From positions 321,274 through 385,273 of the forward strand of contig CAWJBU010000002.1 of assembly GCA_963841235.1 (NCBI GenBank): a DNA stretch of 64,000 nt, read 5' to 3'. Both the position numbers and the translations under genes were made by a program. Source of the DNA: an uncultured Acidobacteriota bacterium (GTDB taxonomy: Bacteria; Acidobacteriota; Terriglobia; Acidiferrales; UBA7541). Below, piece after piece: positions 1 to 9,016 of this stretch (position 1 is the stretch's first letter; each line of letters starts with the position of its first letter). The notes below the pieces were generated by a model that saw nothing but the letters and a program-made list of their open reading frames with translations, searched no databases and was not told the DNA's origin.

Positions 1-774
1 GGCGAACTGGTAATGGCCGCGGCGAAAAAGAACGGCGTCGCAGTTCTCCCGGTCGATAGCGAGCATAACGCCATCCACCAATGCCTGCGCGCCGGCGAGC
101 GCGGGGAAGTGAAGCGGCTCGTCCTGACGGCCTCGGGCGGGCCATTCCGCAAGACGCCGCTCGCACAGCTCAAGAAAGTGACGCCCAAGCAAGCACTGGC
201 GCATCCAAATTGGAAGATGGGCCAGCGAATCACGATCGATTCGGCCACCATGATGAACAAGGGCTTCGAGGTCATCGAAGCGCGCTGGCTTTTCGGCCTG
301 GATCTCGAGCGGATCGAGGTGATCATTCACCCGCAATCCACGATTCACTCGATGGTCGAATATGTAGACGGTTCGATTCTGGCACAGCTTGGCCCAACTG
401 ACATGCGCATGCCCATCCAATATGCGCTAACCTATCCCTTACGGGTCGCATCCAATGGATGCGCGCTCAATTGGTCGGAATTGAAGAAGCTCGAATTCGA
501 GCCGGTTCCGGACAAGAAATTTCCTTGTTTGCAGTTGGCCAGGGCAGCAGCGCGAAAGGGTGGGCCAATGCCCTGCGCGCTGAACGCCGCCGATGAAGAA
601 GCCGTGGCCGCGTTTCTCGAGCGCAAGCTGAACTTTACCGGCATCGCAGCCGTAATAGAAAGAGTGCTGGAAAAAATGCCGGGGCGCGCGTTGAATAGCA
701 TCGAGGACGTCCTCGATGCCGACTCGGAAGCCCGGCGTTTGGCGCGCCAGGAAATCGCACGAAGGAAAAATTAG
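1..774 (+). CDS. dxr: 1-deoxy-D-xylulose-5-phosphate reductoisomerase, C-terminal part (5' end lies outside the window)
   Basis: Frame 1 is open from nt 1. Dxr blocks are present: 'LPVDSEHNAIHQCL', 'HPNWKMGQRITIDSATMMNKGFEVIEA', 'IHPQSTIHSMVEYVDGS'. It is followed by rseP, the usual dxr-rseP arrangement. Confidence 0.95.
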   Translation, partial: GELVMAAAKKNGVAVLPVDSEHNAIHQCLRAGERGEVKRLVLTASGGPFRKTPLAQLKKVTPKQALAHPNWKMGQRITIDSATMMNKGFEVIEARWLFGLDLERIEVIIHPQSTIHSMVEYVDGSILAQLGPTDMRMPIQYALTYPLRVASNGCALNWSELKKLEFEPVPDKKFPCLQLARAAARKGGPMPCALNAADEEAVAAFLERKLNFTGIAAVIERVLEKMPGRALNSIEDVLDADSEARRLARQEIARRKN

Positions 775-779
775 AGCTC

Positions 780-2105
780 ATGAACAGCCTGCTCCTCTCT
801 CTTGCAGCGGTCGCGGTAGTGCTTGGCGTGGTAGTGCTGGTCCATGAATGGGGCCATTTCGTGGCCGCAAAAATATTCGGCGTTGGCGTAGTGGTGTTCT
901 CGCTCGGATACGGGACGCGGCTCTGGGGCTGGAAGCGCAACGGGACGGATTACCGAATTAGCGCATTGCCTCTGGGCGGCTACGTACGCCTCGCCGGAGA
1001 CAATCCCATAGAAGATCGTACTGGCGCCCCTGATGAATTTCTTTCGCGGCCGCGCTGGCAGCGCGTGCTGATCTATTGCGCCGGGCCGTTCATGAATTTC
1101 GTCCTGGCGTTCGTCGTGGCCACCGGCATTTTCTTGATCCTGGGCGTTCCGATCCCGGTTTTCATGACGCAGCCCGTCACCATCGCTGCCGTTCCGGCGC
1201 AATCCAATGCCGAATTGGCAGGCCTGAAGCCTGGCGACCGAGTAGCTAAGCTCGCCACGATCGAGAACCCAACGTGGGAGCAGGCCTATACATTTATTTC
1301 TCAAGCTCCCGCAGGTTCGGCCGTGAATTTGGAAGTGGAACGCGGCGGGCAGCAACTTCCGTTATCGGTGAAGATCGCGAACGGGCCCGACGTGGAGAAA
1401 ACTCTCGGCGATCCGCTGCTGCAGCCGGTGATCAGCGAAGTTGCAGCCGGCATGCCTGCGGACCGCGCTGGGATTCGCGCCGACGATCGCGTCGTGTCCA
1501 TTGATGGGCAGAAGATCGTCACGTGGCCCCAGCTCCAGGCGTTGGTGCAAGCGTCGCATGGCGCCGCAGTGCACGTCGTCGTTCAGCGCAATGGCGAGGA
1601 GAAGCAGTTTGATGTGCCGACCGTTCGCGGTCAGCCCGAACTGGGCCAGCCGGACTATATGATCGGCGCTTCACGTACTGATCCGGTGGTGTACCGGCCG
1701 ATTGGCACACTGAAAGCGATCCGGGCCGGCGGCACTGCAACTCTTTCCATGATGGTAGAAGTGGTGAACGTGGTGAAAGAGCTGATCACCGGCCGCGTTT
1801 CGATCAAGCAGTTGCAGAGCGTGGTGGGAATCACGCACGAGTCAGGTCAGGCGGCGCGGCGCGGACCGGTCGATTTCGTCACGTGGCTGGCCATTATCAG
1901 CGTGAATCTCGGTGTGCTCAATCTTTTGCCGATCCCGATTCTCGACGGAGGGCATATTCTCCTCCTGGCGATCGAAGGCGGCCTTCGACGCGATCTGAGC
2001 CTGGCGGTGAAAGAGCGCATCGTTCAGGTGGGCGTCGTCTTCCTCTTGGTTATCTTCGCCATCGTTATGTACAATGACGTAGCGCGATTCGTCCCGCATC
2101 ACTGA
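780..2105 (+). CDS. rseP: RIP (site-2) zinc metalloprotease RseP
   Basis: HExxH motif 'HEWGHFVAAK' in the first TM segment, central PDZ-like region, and C-terminal 'NLLPIPILDGGH' motif. 441 aa. Confidence 0.93.
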   Translation: MNSLLLSLAAVAVVLGVVVLVHEWGHFVAAKIFGVGVVVFSLGYGTRLWGWKRNGTDYRISALPLGGYVRLAGDNPIEDRTGAPDEFLSRPRWQRVLIYCAGPFMNFVLAFVVATGIFLILGVPIPVFMTQPVTIAAVPAQSNAELAGLKPGDRVAKLATIENPTWEQAYTFISQAPAGSAVNLEVERGGQQLPLSVKIANGPDVEKTLGDPLLQPVISEVAAGMPADRAGIRADDRVVSIDGQKIVTWPQLQALVQASHGAAVHVVVQRNGEEKQFDVPTVRGQPELGQPDYMIGASRTDPVVYRPIGTLKAIRAGGTATLSMMVEVVNVVKELITGRVSIKQLQSVVGITHESGQAARRGPVDFVTWLAIISVNLGVLNLLPIPILDGGHILLLAIEGGLRRDLSLAVKERIVQVGVVFLLVIFAIVMYNDVARFVPHH

Positions 2106-2153
2106 TTGCTCACCCAGCATCGAGCGGCGAAGGCGCGCACGTGAAAGACAGCG

Positions 2154-2633
2154 ATGAGCGCATCAGCACACCGCGTTTCCACCGGAGAACGAATCAACGC
2201 CAATGAGCCGCCCGGCCATCTCACGCGGCAGCTCGCCGCGCGACGCATTCGTCTGACGCGCCAGCGCCGCGTTCTCGTGCAGGTAATGGAAACCGCGCGG
2301 CGCCATTTGGACGCAGGCGAAATTCTGGATCGCGCCCAGAAGATCGACCCCAATATCACGCGCGTCACCGTTTACCGCACGATTGACCTGCTCAAGCGCC
2401 ACGGGCTGATCGACGAACTCGATCTGCTTCATCTCCGCGGCGATCGCCATTTCTACGAGAGCCACGGCCCGCGCGATCATATCCACGTAGCCTGCCTGCG
2501 CTGCGGAAAAGTAAGAGAAGTGGAAAGCGAACTCTACGAAGATTTAAAGCGCCAAATCTCAAAAGACACGGGAATCGAAATCACTGTATCCCGCACCGAA
2601 ATAGGCGGCTACTGCGCCGACTGCAAAAAGTAG
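2154..2633 (+). CDS. Fur-family metal-responsive transcriptional regulator
   Basis: Winged-helix block 'ITRVTVYRTIDLLKRHGLI', plus two CxxC pairs ('CLRCG', 'CADC') typical of Fur/Zur/PerR. 159 aa. Confidence 0.85.
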   Translation: MSASAHRVSTGERINANEPPGHLTRQLAARRIRLTRQRRVLVQVMETARRHLDAGEILDRAQKIDPNITRVTVYRTIDLLKRHGLIDELDLLHLRGDRHFYESHGPRDHIHVACLRCGKVREVESELYEDLKRQISKDTGIEITVSRTEIGGYCADCKK

Positions 2634-2640
2634 CGGTTTT

Positions 2641-2665
2641 GTAGGGGAGGGTCTTCAGCCCTCCC
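2641..2665 (+). repeat. REP-like hairpin with GTAG head (GTAGGGGAGGG-TCTTCAG-CCCTCCC)
   Basis: 7-bp stem GGGAGGG/CCCTCCC with loop TCTTCAG. It lies in the convergent gap between fur and ribF. The head and loop are the same as in the copy at 13750. Confidence 0.8.
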
Positions 2666-2699
2666 GCCTTTCGGCCCTCTCCTCGGTCCCACCCGCCAT

Positions 2700-3674
2700 T
2701 CACGCCGACTGCCGCTTCAATCCGCTGCGATCCAGCAATCGAAAAAATCGCCTAGCCCGCCCGGCATCAATCTCGATCTGCGCGCGCAAAGCCTCGGGCC
2801 CCGGAAACTTCATCTCATCCCGCAATCGCGCCCAAAAGCTGACTTCCATCGGCCCTGAAGCAATCTGCTCGTCAAAATCAAAGAGGAAACTCTCGACGGT
2901 CAATCCCTTCCCGTCAAACGTAGGTCTCATGCCGACGTTTGTCGCGGCCCGGTATTTGCGCCCGTTCACCGAAACTTCCGTGGCATAAACTCCCGTCTTC
3001 GGTAGCAATTCCTGCGCCGTACGCAAATTGAGAGTCGGCACTACGAACCGCCGACCCTGGCCGGTCCCGGGCTGAATCTCTCCCGCCAGCGAATATGGAC
3101 GGCCCAGGAAACGCCCCGCGTCGATCAATCTGCCTTCGCTGACAGCGCGCCGGATGGCCGTACTCGATACCACTTCTCCGCGGCACACCACCGGGTCGAT
3201 GCACTCGACCTCGAAGCCAAACTCGTCGCCAAATTGCCGGAGGAGCGCGACATCTCCGGCTCCACGATGTCCGAACCGGAAATTGTTGCCGACGAGAATC
3301 GCCCTGGTCCGCAGCGTCCCCATAATGATTTGTTCAACGAATTCCCGCGCGCTCAGGCGCGCCAGTTCCGCATCGAATGGCAACACAAGTGCCGCATCAA
3401 GTCCGCAGCTTTCGAGCATGGCCAGGCGCTGATCGAGAGTCGCTAACAATGCTGGAGCATCATTCGGACGCAAAATCCGCAGCGGGTGCGGATTGAAGGT
3501 CACCACTGTCGCCCGCAATTTTTCTCGCCGCGCTTTCTCGACCAGGCGGCGCAATATTTCCCGATGGCCTAAATGCACGCCGTCGAAATTTCCAATCGTA
3601 ACGGCCGAGCCGCGCTCGTCGGCGCCAAAGCGCGCCTTCCATTCCGCCGGCGAATGCAGAACCGCGAGCGTCAT
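2700..3674 (-). CDS. ribF: Bifunctional riboflavin kinase / FMN adenylyltransferase
   Basis: 'GNFDGVHLGH' nucleotidyltransferase motif and a C-terminal riboflavin-kinase block ('GRPYSLAGEIQPGTGQGRR', 'EVSFWARLRDEMKF'). Its ATG overlaps the upstream gene's stop (ATGA). Confidence 0.95.
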   Translation of the reverse strand: MTLAVLHSPAEWKARFGADERGSAVTIGNFDGVHLGHREILRRLVEKARREKLRATVVTFNPHPLRILRPNDAPALLATLDQRLAMLESCGLDAALVLPFDAELARLSAREFVEQIIMGTLRTRAILVGNNFRFGHRGAGDVALLRQFGDEFGFEVECIDPVVCRGEVVSSTAIRRAVSEGRLIDAGRFLGRPYSLAGEIQPGTGQGRRFVVPTLNLRTAQELLPKTGVYATEVSVNGRKYRAATNVGMRPTFDGKGLTVESFLFDFDEQIASGPMEVSFWARLRDEMKFPGPEALRAQIEIDAGRARRFFRLLDRSGLKRQSA

Positions 3675-4432
3675 GGGATTTTCGACTCGAGAATTAAGCC
3701 GTCGTAGGAGAGGCGCACATTGTCAGGCAGCTTCGCGTTTGTCTCTTCATGGGCCAAATCGTGGCAAATATGCGTGAACCATGCCTGCCGTGGCTTCAAT
3801 TCTTCCACCAGCTTGAGCGATTGCTCCACGTTCGAATGCATCGGATGCGGCGTATAGCGCAGCGCATCGAGCACTAGATGGTCCAGTCCCGTCAACAATT
3901 TCTTCGACGAGTCCGGAACCGTGCTGAAGTCTGTCAGGTAAGCCGCATCGCCAATCCGAAATCCGAGCACCGGATTCGGCCCGTGCCGCGCCGGAATCGG
4001 AATGATCCTCGCGCCGAAGAGCGAGAATTCACCAACAATGGCATGTAGCTCGACGCCCGGCAGCGTGCTCTCCGTGGCCACATCGTCAAAGATGTAAGCA
4101 AACACGCGCTTCAGCACGGCCAGCGTCTCCGCCGACGCATAAATCGGCACCGCTCCGCCCTGCTTCAGATTGAATGGGCGAATATCGTCGAGTCCCATGA
4201 TGTGATCGGCGTGTCCGTGGGTGAAAAGCACGGCGTCAAGCCGCGTCAGGCCCGCCCGCAACGCCTGGAAACGAAAATCCGGAGTCGTGTCGATCACAAT
4301 GCTGTGCCCGCCGAATTGCGCCAGCAGGGAAGGGCGCGTGCGCTTATCGTGAGGGTCGCTCGAATGGCAAACTGCGCAGGGGCACGCAAGCGTCGGCACC
4401 CCCATTGAAGTTCCCGAACCGAGGACAGTCAA
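3671..4432 (-). CDS. MBL-fold metallo-hydrolase (PhnP/GPP-like)
   Basis: 'TVLGSGTSMGVP' first strand and 'HGHADH' metal motif. The ORF is open to 4543, but 4517-4541 is a REP element. I place the start at TTG 4432, so the start is uncertain. Confidence 0.8.
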   Translation of the reverse strand: MTVLGSGTSMGVPTLACPCAVCHSSDPHDKRTRPSLLAQFGGHSIVIDTTPDFRFQALRAGLTRLDAVLFTHGHADHIMGLDDIRPFNLKQGGAVPIYASAETLAVLKRVFAYIFDDVATESTLPGVELHAIVGEFSLFGARIIPIPARHGPNPVLGFRIGDAAYLTDFSTVPDSSKKLLTGLDHLVLDALRYTPHPMHSNVEQSLKLVEELKPRQAWFTHICHDLAHEETNAKLPDNVRLSYDGLILESKIP

Positions 4433-4516
4433 TCGCAGTGGAGGCAGTGGAAAACTCCGAAGGAAAAACCACGCAATCCCTAAATCTGATCGCAGAACGA
4501 AAATCGCGAATGACCC

Positions 4517-4541
4517 GTAGGGCCCGCGCTTTAGCCGGGCC
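4517..4541 (+). repeat. REP-like hairpin with GTAG head (GTAGGGCCCGCGCTTTAGCCGGGCC)
   Basis: GTAG head plus a GGCCCG/CGGGCC stem. It sits between the MBL hydrolase and DUF1844 genes and resembles the copies at 13750 and 55843. Confidence 0.7.
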
Positions 4542-4569
4542 ACTCTTCGCGTCCATCCCGAACGTAAAA

Positions 4570-5097
4570 CTACTTCGCCTTACCCCGCGCCTTCTCCGCC
4601 ATCGCGGCGGCCGCGGCCTTCGAAATCTCCATGAACGAAAGCTTCAGGCTGCCAATCACCTCAAGCAGCAGCTGGTCGTCTTCAGCAGCCAAATTCCCGC
4701 GCGTCTTCTCGCGCAACACGTCCAGCATATCAATCATCTCGCGCGCGCCCTCAATATCCAAAAATGGCTGCCCAGTTCGCGGATCGCTCATCCCGCCCAG
4801 CATGGCCGCCGCGTTGCGCGCCAGAAAATCAATCAACATTTGAAAGCTGCGCGAAGAAGCGGGCGCGTCGGCGCTCTCCGTGGACGCGACAACGGAAGCA
4901 TCGCCCGCACCCGCCGCCGCAGTCTGCCGCGCGGCATCTGACTTCGCCGCCGCATCTTTCGAGGCCGCAATTTTCTCCGCGACTTCCGTCTCGCGCCGCT
5001 CTTCGGCTTCCACAACGTCCTTGCGCAATTCGCCCTCAGCCGTAAACGGCCGCCGGTCTATGACCTTGAATGTCTCTTCATGTTTGGGATCAGCCAA
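4570..5097 (-). CDS. DUF1844-like protein
   Basis: 'FKVIDRRPF' N-terminus and 'DPRTGQPFLDIEGAREMIDMLDVLREKTRGNL' C-terminal block. I recognise these as DUF1844 from memory. The likely start is TTG 5097, preceded by GGAGAA; the ORF is open to 5175. Confidence 0.65.
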   Translation of the reverse strand: MADPKHEETFKVIDRRPFTAEGELRKDVVEAEERRETEVAEKIAASKDAAAKSDAARQTAAAGAGDASVVASTESADAPASSRSFQMLIDFLARNAAAMLGGMSDPRTGQPFLDIEGAREMIDMLDVLREKTRGNLAAEDDQLLLEVIGSLKLSFMEISKAAAAAMAEKARGKAK

Positions 5098-5251
5098 GAT
5101 GGTTCTCCAGGAGTCCGAAGCAATCTCGATGATTAGTCTCGAAAAAGTGTAGCACCCAGCGAAGCAAGCGGACAAGCTTGCCCCTCTGTAATAAGCGACT
5201 AAAGGCCGGCGCCGCCAGCGCAGAGTCCTAGCCCGTCTGCGCGTTGTGCGC

Positions 5252-7951
5252 TTACTTTAGGCCCGAGACCAGGTAAAGATCGGAGAGGTAGCGTGCAAAC
5301 CCGTAAACGAAGGTCTTTCCATCGCGCGACATAACTACTGGCGCAATGTGATCAATCCCGGACGAATCGCTCGGCGTGAGTTGTTTCCAAAGCGTCCTCT
5401 TGCCGCTGGCAATTTCGACCCTATAAATCTGTGCAGGCAGGTCGCGGTATTTGTACGCAAAAACTGCGCTACCATCCGGCGAGAATGAAATGATCTTATC
5501 GCCCTCTTCGACTCCCGGGATTCGCTTCGGCTCGCCGCCGTCCACAGGGTAGAGGTATCCTTTGTCATCCGGTCCGATATCGGCGACATAGCGTTGGTCG
5601 GGTGAGATGGCAATCTCCAGCCAATCCACGCCCTCAGGCGAAATCGCTCGCGGCTTTCCGCCCGGAAGCTCCTGTATGTACAAGCGCTCGCCGTGATTCA
5701 CTTCGTTCCCCACGAATGCCAAGCGCTTTCCGTCGGCGAGCCAAAGCGCCGTGGCATACGTGATTCCTGCGGGAGCAAGAGTTTGAGGCTCCCCGGCCCC
5801 GGTCGGAAGCAATACCAAAGGCTGCTGGTCTCCCAAATGGGTCGAAGCAGCCAGATTCCCGGACGGAGACAATGCAAGCGCCGTGCCTTCTCCCAAACGC
5901 ACCGCCGGCGAACCATCTGTCTTCCGCAAATAAACGCCGTACGTCTTTCCGCCTCCTTCACCCGTCTCAGTAAATAAGATCTCGCTGCCGTTGGGGAGCA
6001 TGTCCGCTAGATTCGAATTATCGAACCACGATAAATCGCGCTCCCGCTGCTTCTCCGTCACGAAGTCAAGTCCCGAACGCGGTGTATCCCGGCCTAATAA
6101 CATGCGCCCGTCGCGTGCCACGTCATGGAGGTAAAGCATTCCCGGCACGCGCGCCAGCAGTCGTTGGTTCCCGGACAAATCAATGGCATAAAGCGACCGC
6201 GCAAAACCGGTGGGCGCACCCGTGAATAGGATTTCGGAGCCGTCGGGAGACCACACTAATCCCATTGCGCTGCCCCAGAGCTGCCCGAGAGTTTGCCGCT
6301 TGCCGCTGCGGTCCAGAACCATCACTTGTCCGCGATCGTCTCCGACCGTCGGATGATCCACAAACGCTACGCGATCACCATTCGGCGACACGCGCAGATT
6401 GCCCACCCATCCGTCAGCTTGGTACAGCACTTTGCCGATCGGATACTCCACCTGAAATCGCCCTTGCACTTGGCGGATCACGGCTAATTCGGCGCCGTCA
6501 GGCGACCAATCGGCCCACTGCACGTCCTCGGCAACCTCGCGCGGCGCACCGCCGGTCATCGGGACTCGCGCCAACGTTCCGCTGGAAATAAATCCGGCAA
6601 TCGGGTGGCTGTGCAGCATGACGGCCAGCTCACCCAGAGAAGACACCGAGAGAATTTCGGATTGCGGAATGCCCAGGGGACGCGATTGCGGACTGTCCGG
6701 GCTGGTGGTGAAAATCTCGTACGGATTTCCTTCCCACGCTGCGCTGTAAATAATTGTCTGCCCGTCACGGGCGAACCGCGCGGACCGCATCGTGCCGCGG
6801 CGAAACGTTAGCTGATGGTATTCAACCGACGATGTTCCGGTTTGGCGCCGTGCGTCAGACATTCCGGCGTAAAACGACGCGGCAGCGAGCGCGATTGCTG
6901 CGACGACGCCCACAGCGAGCCAGCTCGGCCACTTGCTCTTCTTCAACGACGCTGGACTTGGAGACAATCTCCATTGCGCGTCTGATTGACTCGATGCCCG
7001 CACGGCGGCCGCCGACGAACCTGAATCGCCAGCGTTTCTCGCCGCCGAGCCGCTGGCCACGTGCCCCGAGGGGCTCTCGCGCTTCAGGCGCTTCAGGCTG
7101 GCTTCCAGCTCTGCCGCGGTCTGGTACCGCAGCGACGCATCTTTCTCCATCGCGGTCGAGATGATTTCTCCGAGCTTCGACGGCAAATCCGGCTTCAATC
7201 CGAGCGGCGACTCGGGATCGCTATGCAGAATCGCGTCGAACACCACCCCCGAGGTTTTGCCCGAAAACGCCTGCCGCCCCGTGGCCATCTCATACAGCAC
7301 CACGCCGAAGCTGAACACGTCCGTCCGCGCGTCCAGCTCCTCGCCGCGCACTTGCTCCGGCGACATATAGGCAATCGTGCCCACCGCCGCGCCCGGGCTG
7401 GTCAGCACATGCTCGATCGCGCCGGCCGTTGCATCCGCATCCGTAATTGCGCCGCGATGCACGTGGCTCAGCTTCGCCAGCCCGAAATCGAGAATCTTGG
7501 CCTGCCCGCGCTTGGTGATGAAAATATTTGCCGGTTTTACGTCGCGATGAATAATTCCTTGCGCGTGCGCCGCGTCGAGCGCATCGGCAATCTGGATTCC
7601 CAGGTCCAGGATTTGCGTCAGCGGCAGCGCGCTCGATTCGATGCGGTGCTTCAGCGTCAGGCCCTCGAGGTATTCCATGGCGATGAAGGCACGGCCGTCT
7701 TCTTCGCCCACATCGTAAATCGTGCAGATGTTGGGATGATTCAGCGCCGAAGCAGCCTGCGCCTCGCGCCGGAAACGCTCGAGCGCCTGTTGGTCCCGCG
7801 CCAAATCTTCAGGTAGGAATTTCAGCGCTACAGAGCGATGCAGCCGAGTATCTTCGGCCTTATAAACAACGCCCATCCCGCCGCCGCCCAATTTTTCCAG
7901 AATGCGGTAGTGCGAGACGTTGCGCCCGGCCAGCGACTGCGATTCGGTCAT
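5252..7951 (-). CDS. Ser/Thr protein kinase fused to TolB-like (WD40-like) beta-propeller repeats
   Basis: Kinase motifs '[18 protein letters not shown]', '[10 protein letters not shown]', 'DFGLAK' and 'YMSPEQ'. One TM segment follows ('[20 protein letters not shown]'), then repeated 'SPDG/SPNG' propeller blades. 899 aa. Paralog of 43830-46577. Confidence 0.92.
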   Translation of the reverse strand: MTESQSLAGRNVSHYRILEKLGGGGMGVVYKAEDTRLHRSVALKFLPEDLARDQQALERFRREAQAASALNHPNICTIYDVGEEDGRAFIAMEYLEGLTLKHRIESSALPLTQILDLGIQIADALDAAHAQGIIHRDVKPANIFITKRGQAKILDFGLAKLSHVHRGAITDADATAGAIEHVLTSPGAAVGTIAYMSPEQVRGEELDARTDVFSFGVVLYEMATGRQAFSGKTSGVVFDAILHSDPESPLGLKPDLPSKLGEIISTAMEKDASLRYQTAAELEASLKRLKRESPSGHVASGSAARNAGDSGSSAAAVRASSQSDAQWRLSPSPASLKKSKWPSWLAVGVVAAIALAAASFYAGMSDARRQTGTSSVEYHQLTFRRGTMRSARFARDGQTIIYSAAWEGNPYEIFTTSPDSPQSRPLGIPQSEILSVSSLGELAVMLHSHPIAGFISSGTLARVPMTGGAPREVAEDVQWADWSPDGAELAVIRQVQGRFQVEYPIGKVLYQADGWVGNLRVSPNGDRVAFVDHPTVGDDRGQVMVLDRSGKRQTLGQLWGSAMGLVWSPDGSEILFTGAPTGFARSLYAIDLSGNQRLLARVPGMLYLHDVARDGRMLLGRDTPRSGLDFVTEKQRERDLSWFDNSNLADMLPNGSEILFTETGEGGGKTYGVYLRKTDGSPAVRLGEGTALALSPSGNLAASTHLGDQQPLVLLPTGAGEPQTLAPAGITYATALWLADGKRLAFVGNEVNHGERLYIQELPGGKPRAISPEGVDWLEIAISPDQRYVADIGPDDKGYLYPVDGGEPKRIPGVEEGDKIISFSPDGSAVFAYKYRDLPAQIYRVEIASGKRTLWKQLTPSDSSGIDHIAPVVMSRDGKTFVYGFARYLSDLYLVSGLK

Positions 7952-8137
7952 AGACGCGAATATTAGGTTGCGGCGCGATTCAAGTCAACGCTCGTGCGGC
8001 GCAGTCCGCCGGCCGGATTTCGATCGCCGCGTTCGTATGGCAAATCCATTGTGTTCGGAGCGAGAGGAAGCGTAGGATGCCTAACCCAGAGGCCGAATTC
8101 GAAAATTCCAGATATCGAACTGATTCAAAGGCTCAAC

Positions 8138-9016
8138 ATGAAAGAGCGCAACCTCCGCCGCCGGCCGAGAACTTCAGGGCTCCTTGAATTCACTGGCCTT
8201 CTCACTCTGTCGCTCACGATCGTCTTGGTCCTATCGAACGTCCGAAGTGTCGGCGCGCAAGCGACCAAAAATCCGTTGGCCGGAAACGCAAAAGCAGCAC
8301 AGGAAGGTGCCTCTCAATTTCGAATAAACTGCGCGCTCTGTCACGGCCTGCATGCGCAGGGAGGCAGCCGTGGTCCCGATTTGACTCGTGGCCTCTGGAA
8401 TCACGGAGGCAGCGACGCCGACCTCTTCCGGACGATCACGCAAGGCGTTTCGGGAACGCTGATGCCCGCGAATGATCTCTCGGATGCCGAAACTTGGGAA
8501 ATCATCGCCTATCTGCGCAGCCTCGCTCCCGCGAAACTCAAGAAAGCTCCGGGCGATCCGAAAGCGGGCGAGAAGCTCTTCTATGGCGATGCCAACTGCG
8601 CGCTTTGCCACATGATTCGCGGCAAAGGTGGACGGATCGGGCCGGATTTATCCCGCGTCGGCAGCGCGCGCTCTCCCGAATACCTCGCCGCCAAAATTCG
8701 CAACCCCAATCGAGCCCTGGCTGCCGGCCTGATGCAACCGGGTATGGAATGGCCGCTCGACTACCAGACGATCACAGTAGTCACACGCGACGGCCAATCA
8801 TTCACCGGCGTGCTTCGCAATGAGGATTCATTTTCGATCCAATTCATGGATCAGGCGGAGAATTTGCGGCTCTACCTTAAGACTGACCTACAAACGGTCA
8901 CCTACGAACAGAAGACGCTCATGCCCGCCTTCGGCGACGACATTCTAGACAATTCTCAACTGAAAGATCTGGTGGCTTATCTCGACGGGCTGCGAGGAGA
9001 GGTGGCGCAAAAATGA
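8138..9016 (+). CDS. Di-haem c-type cytochrome with N-terminal membrane anchor or signal
   Basis: Two CxxCH sites ('CALCHGL', 'CALCHMI'). The second domain resembles the planctomycete-type haem-binding domain ('GPDLSRVG...LMPAFG...DLVAYL'). ATG 8138 precedes a hydrophobic segment. Its stop overlaps the next gene's start (ATGA). Confidence 0.85.
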   Translation: MKERNLRRRPRTSGLLEFTGLLTLSLTIVLVLSNVRSVGAQATKNPLAGNAKAAQEGASQFRINCALCHGLHAQGGSRGPDLTRGLWNHGGSDADLFRTITQGVSGTLMPANDLSDAETWEIIAYLRSLAPAKLKKAPGDPKAGEKLFYGDANCALCHMIRGKGGRIGPDLSRVGSARSPEYLAAKIRNPNRALAAGLMQPGMEWPLDYQTITVVTRDGQSFTGVLRNEDSFSIQFMDQAENLRLYLKTDLQTVTYEQKTLMPAFGDDILDNSQLKDLVAYLDGLRGEVAQK

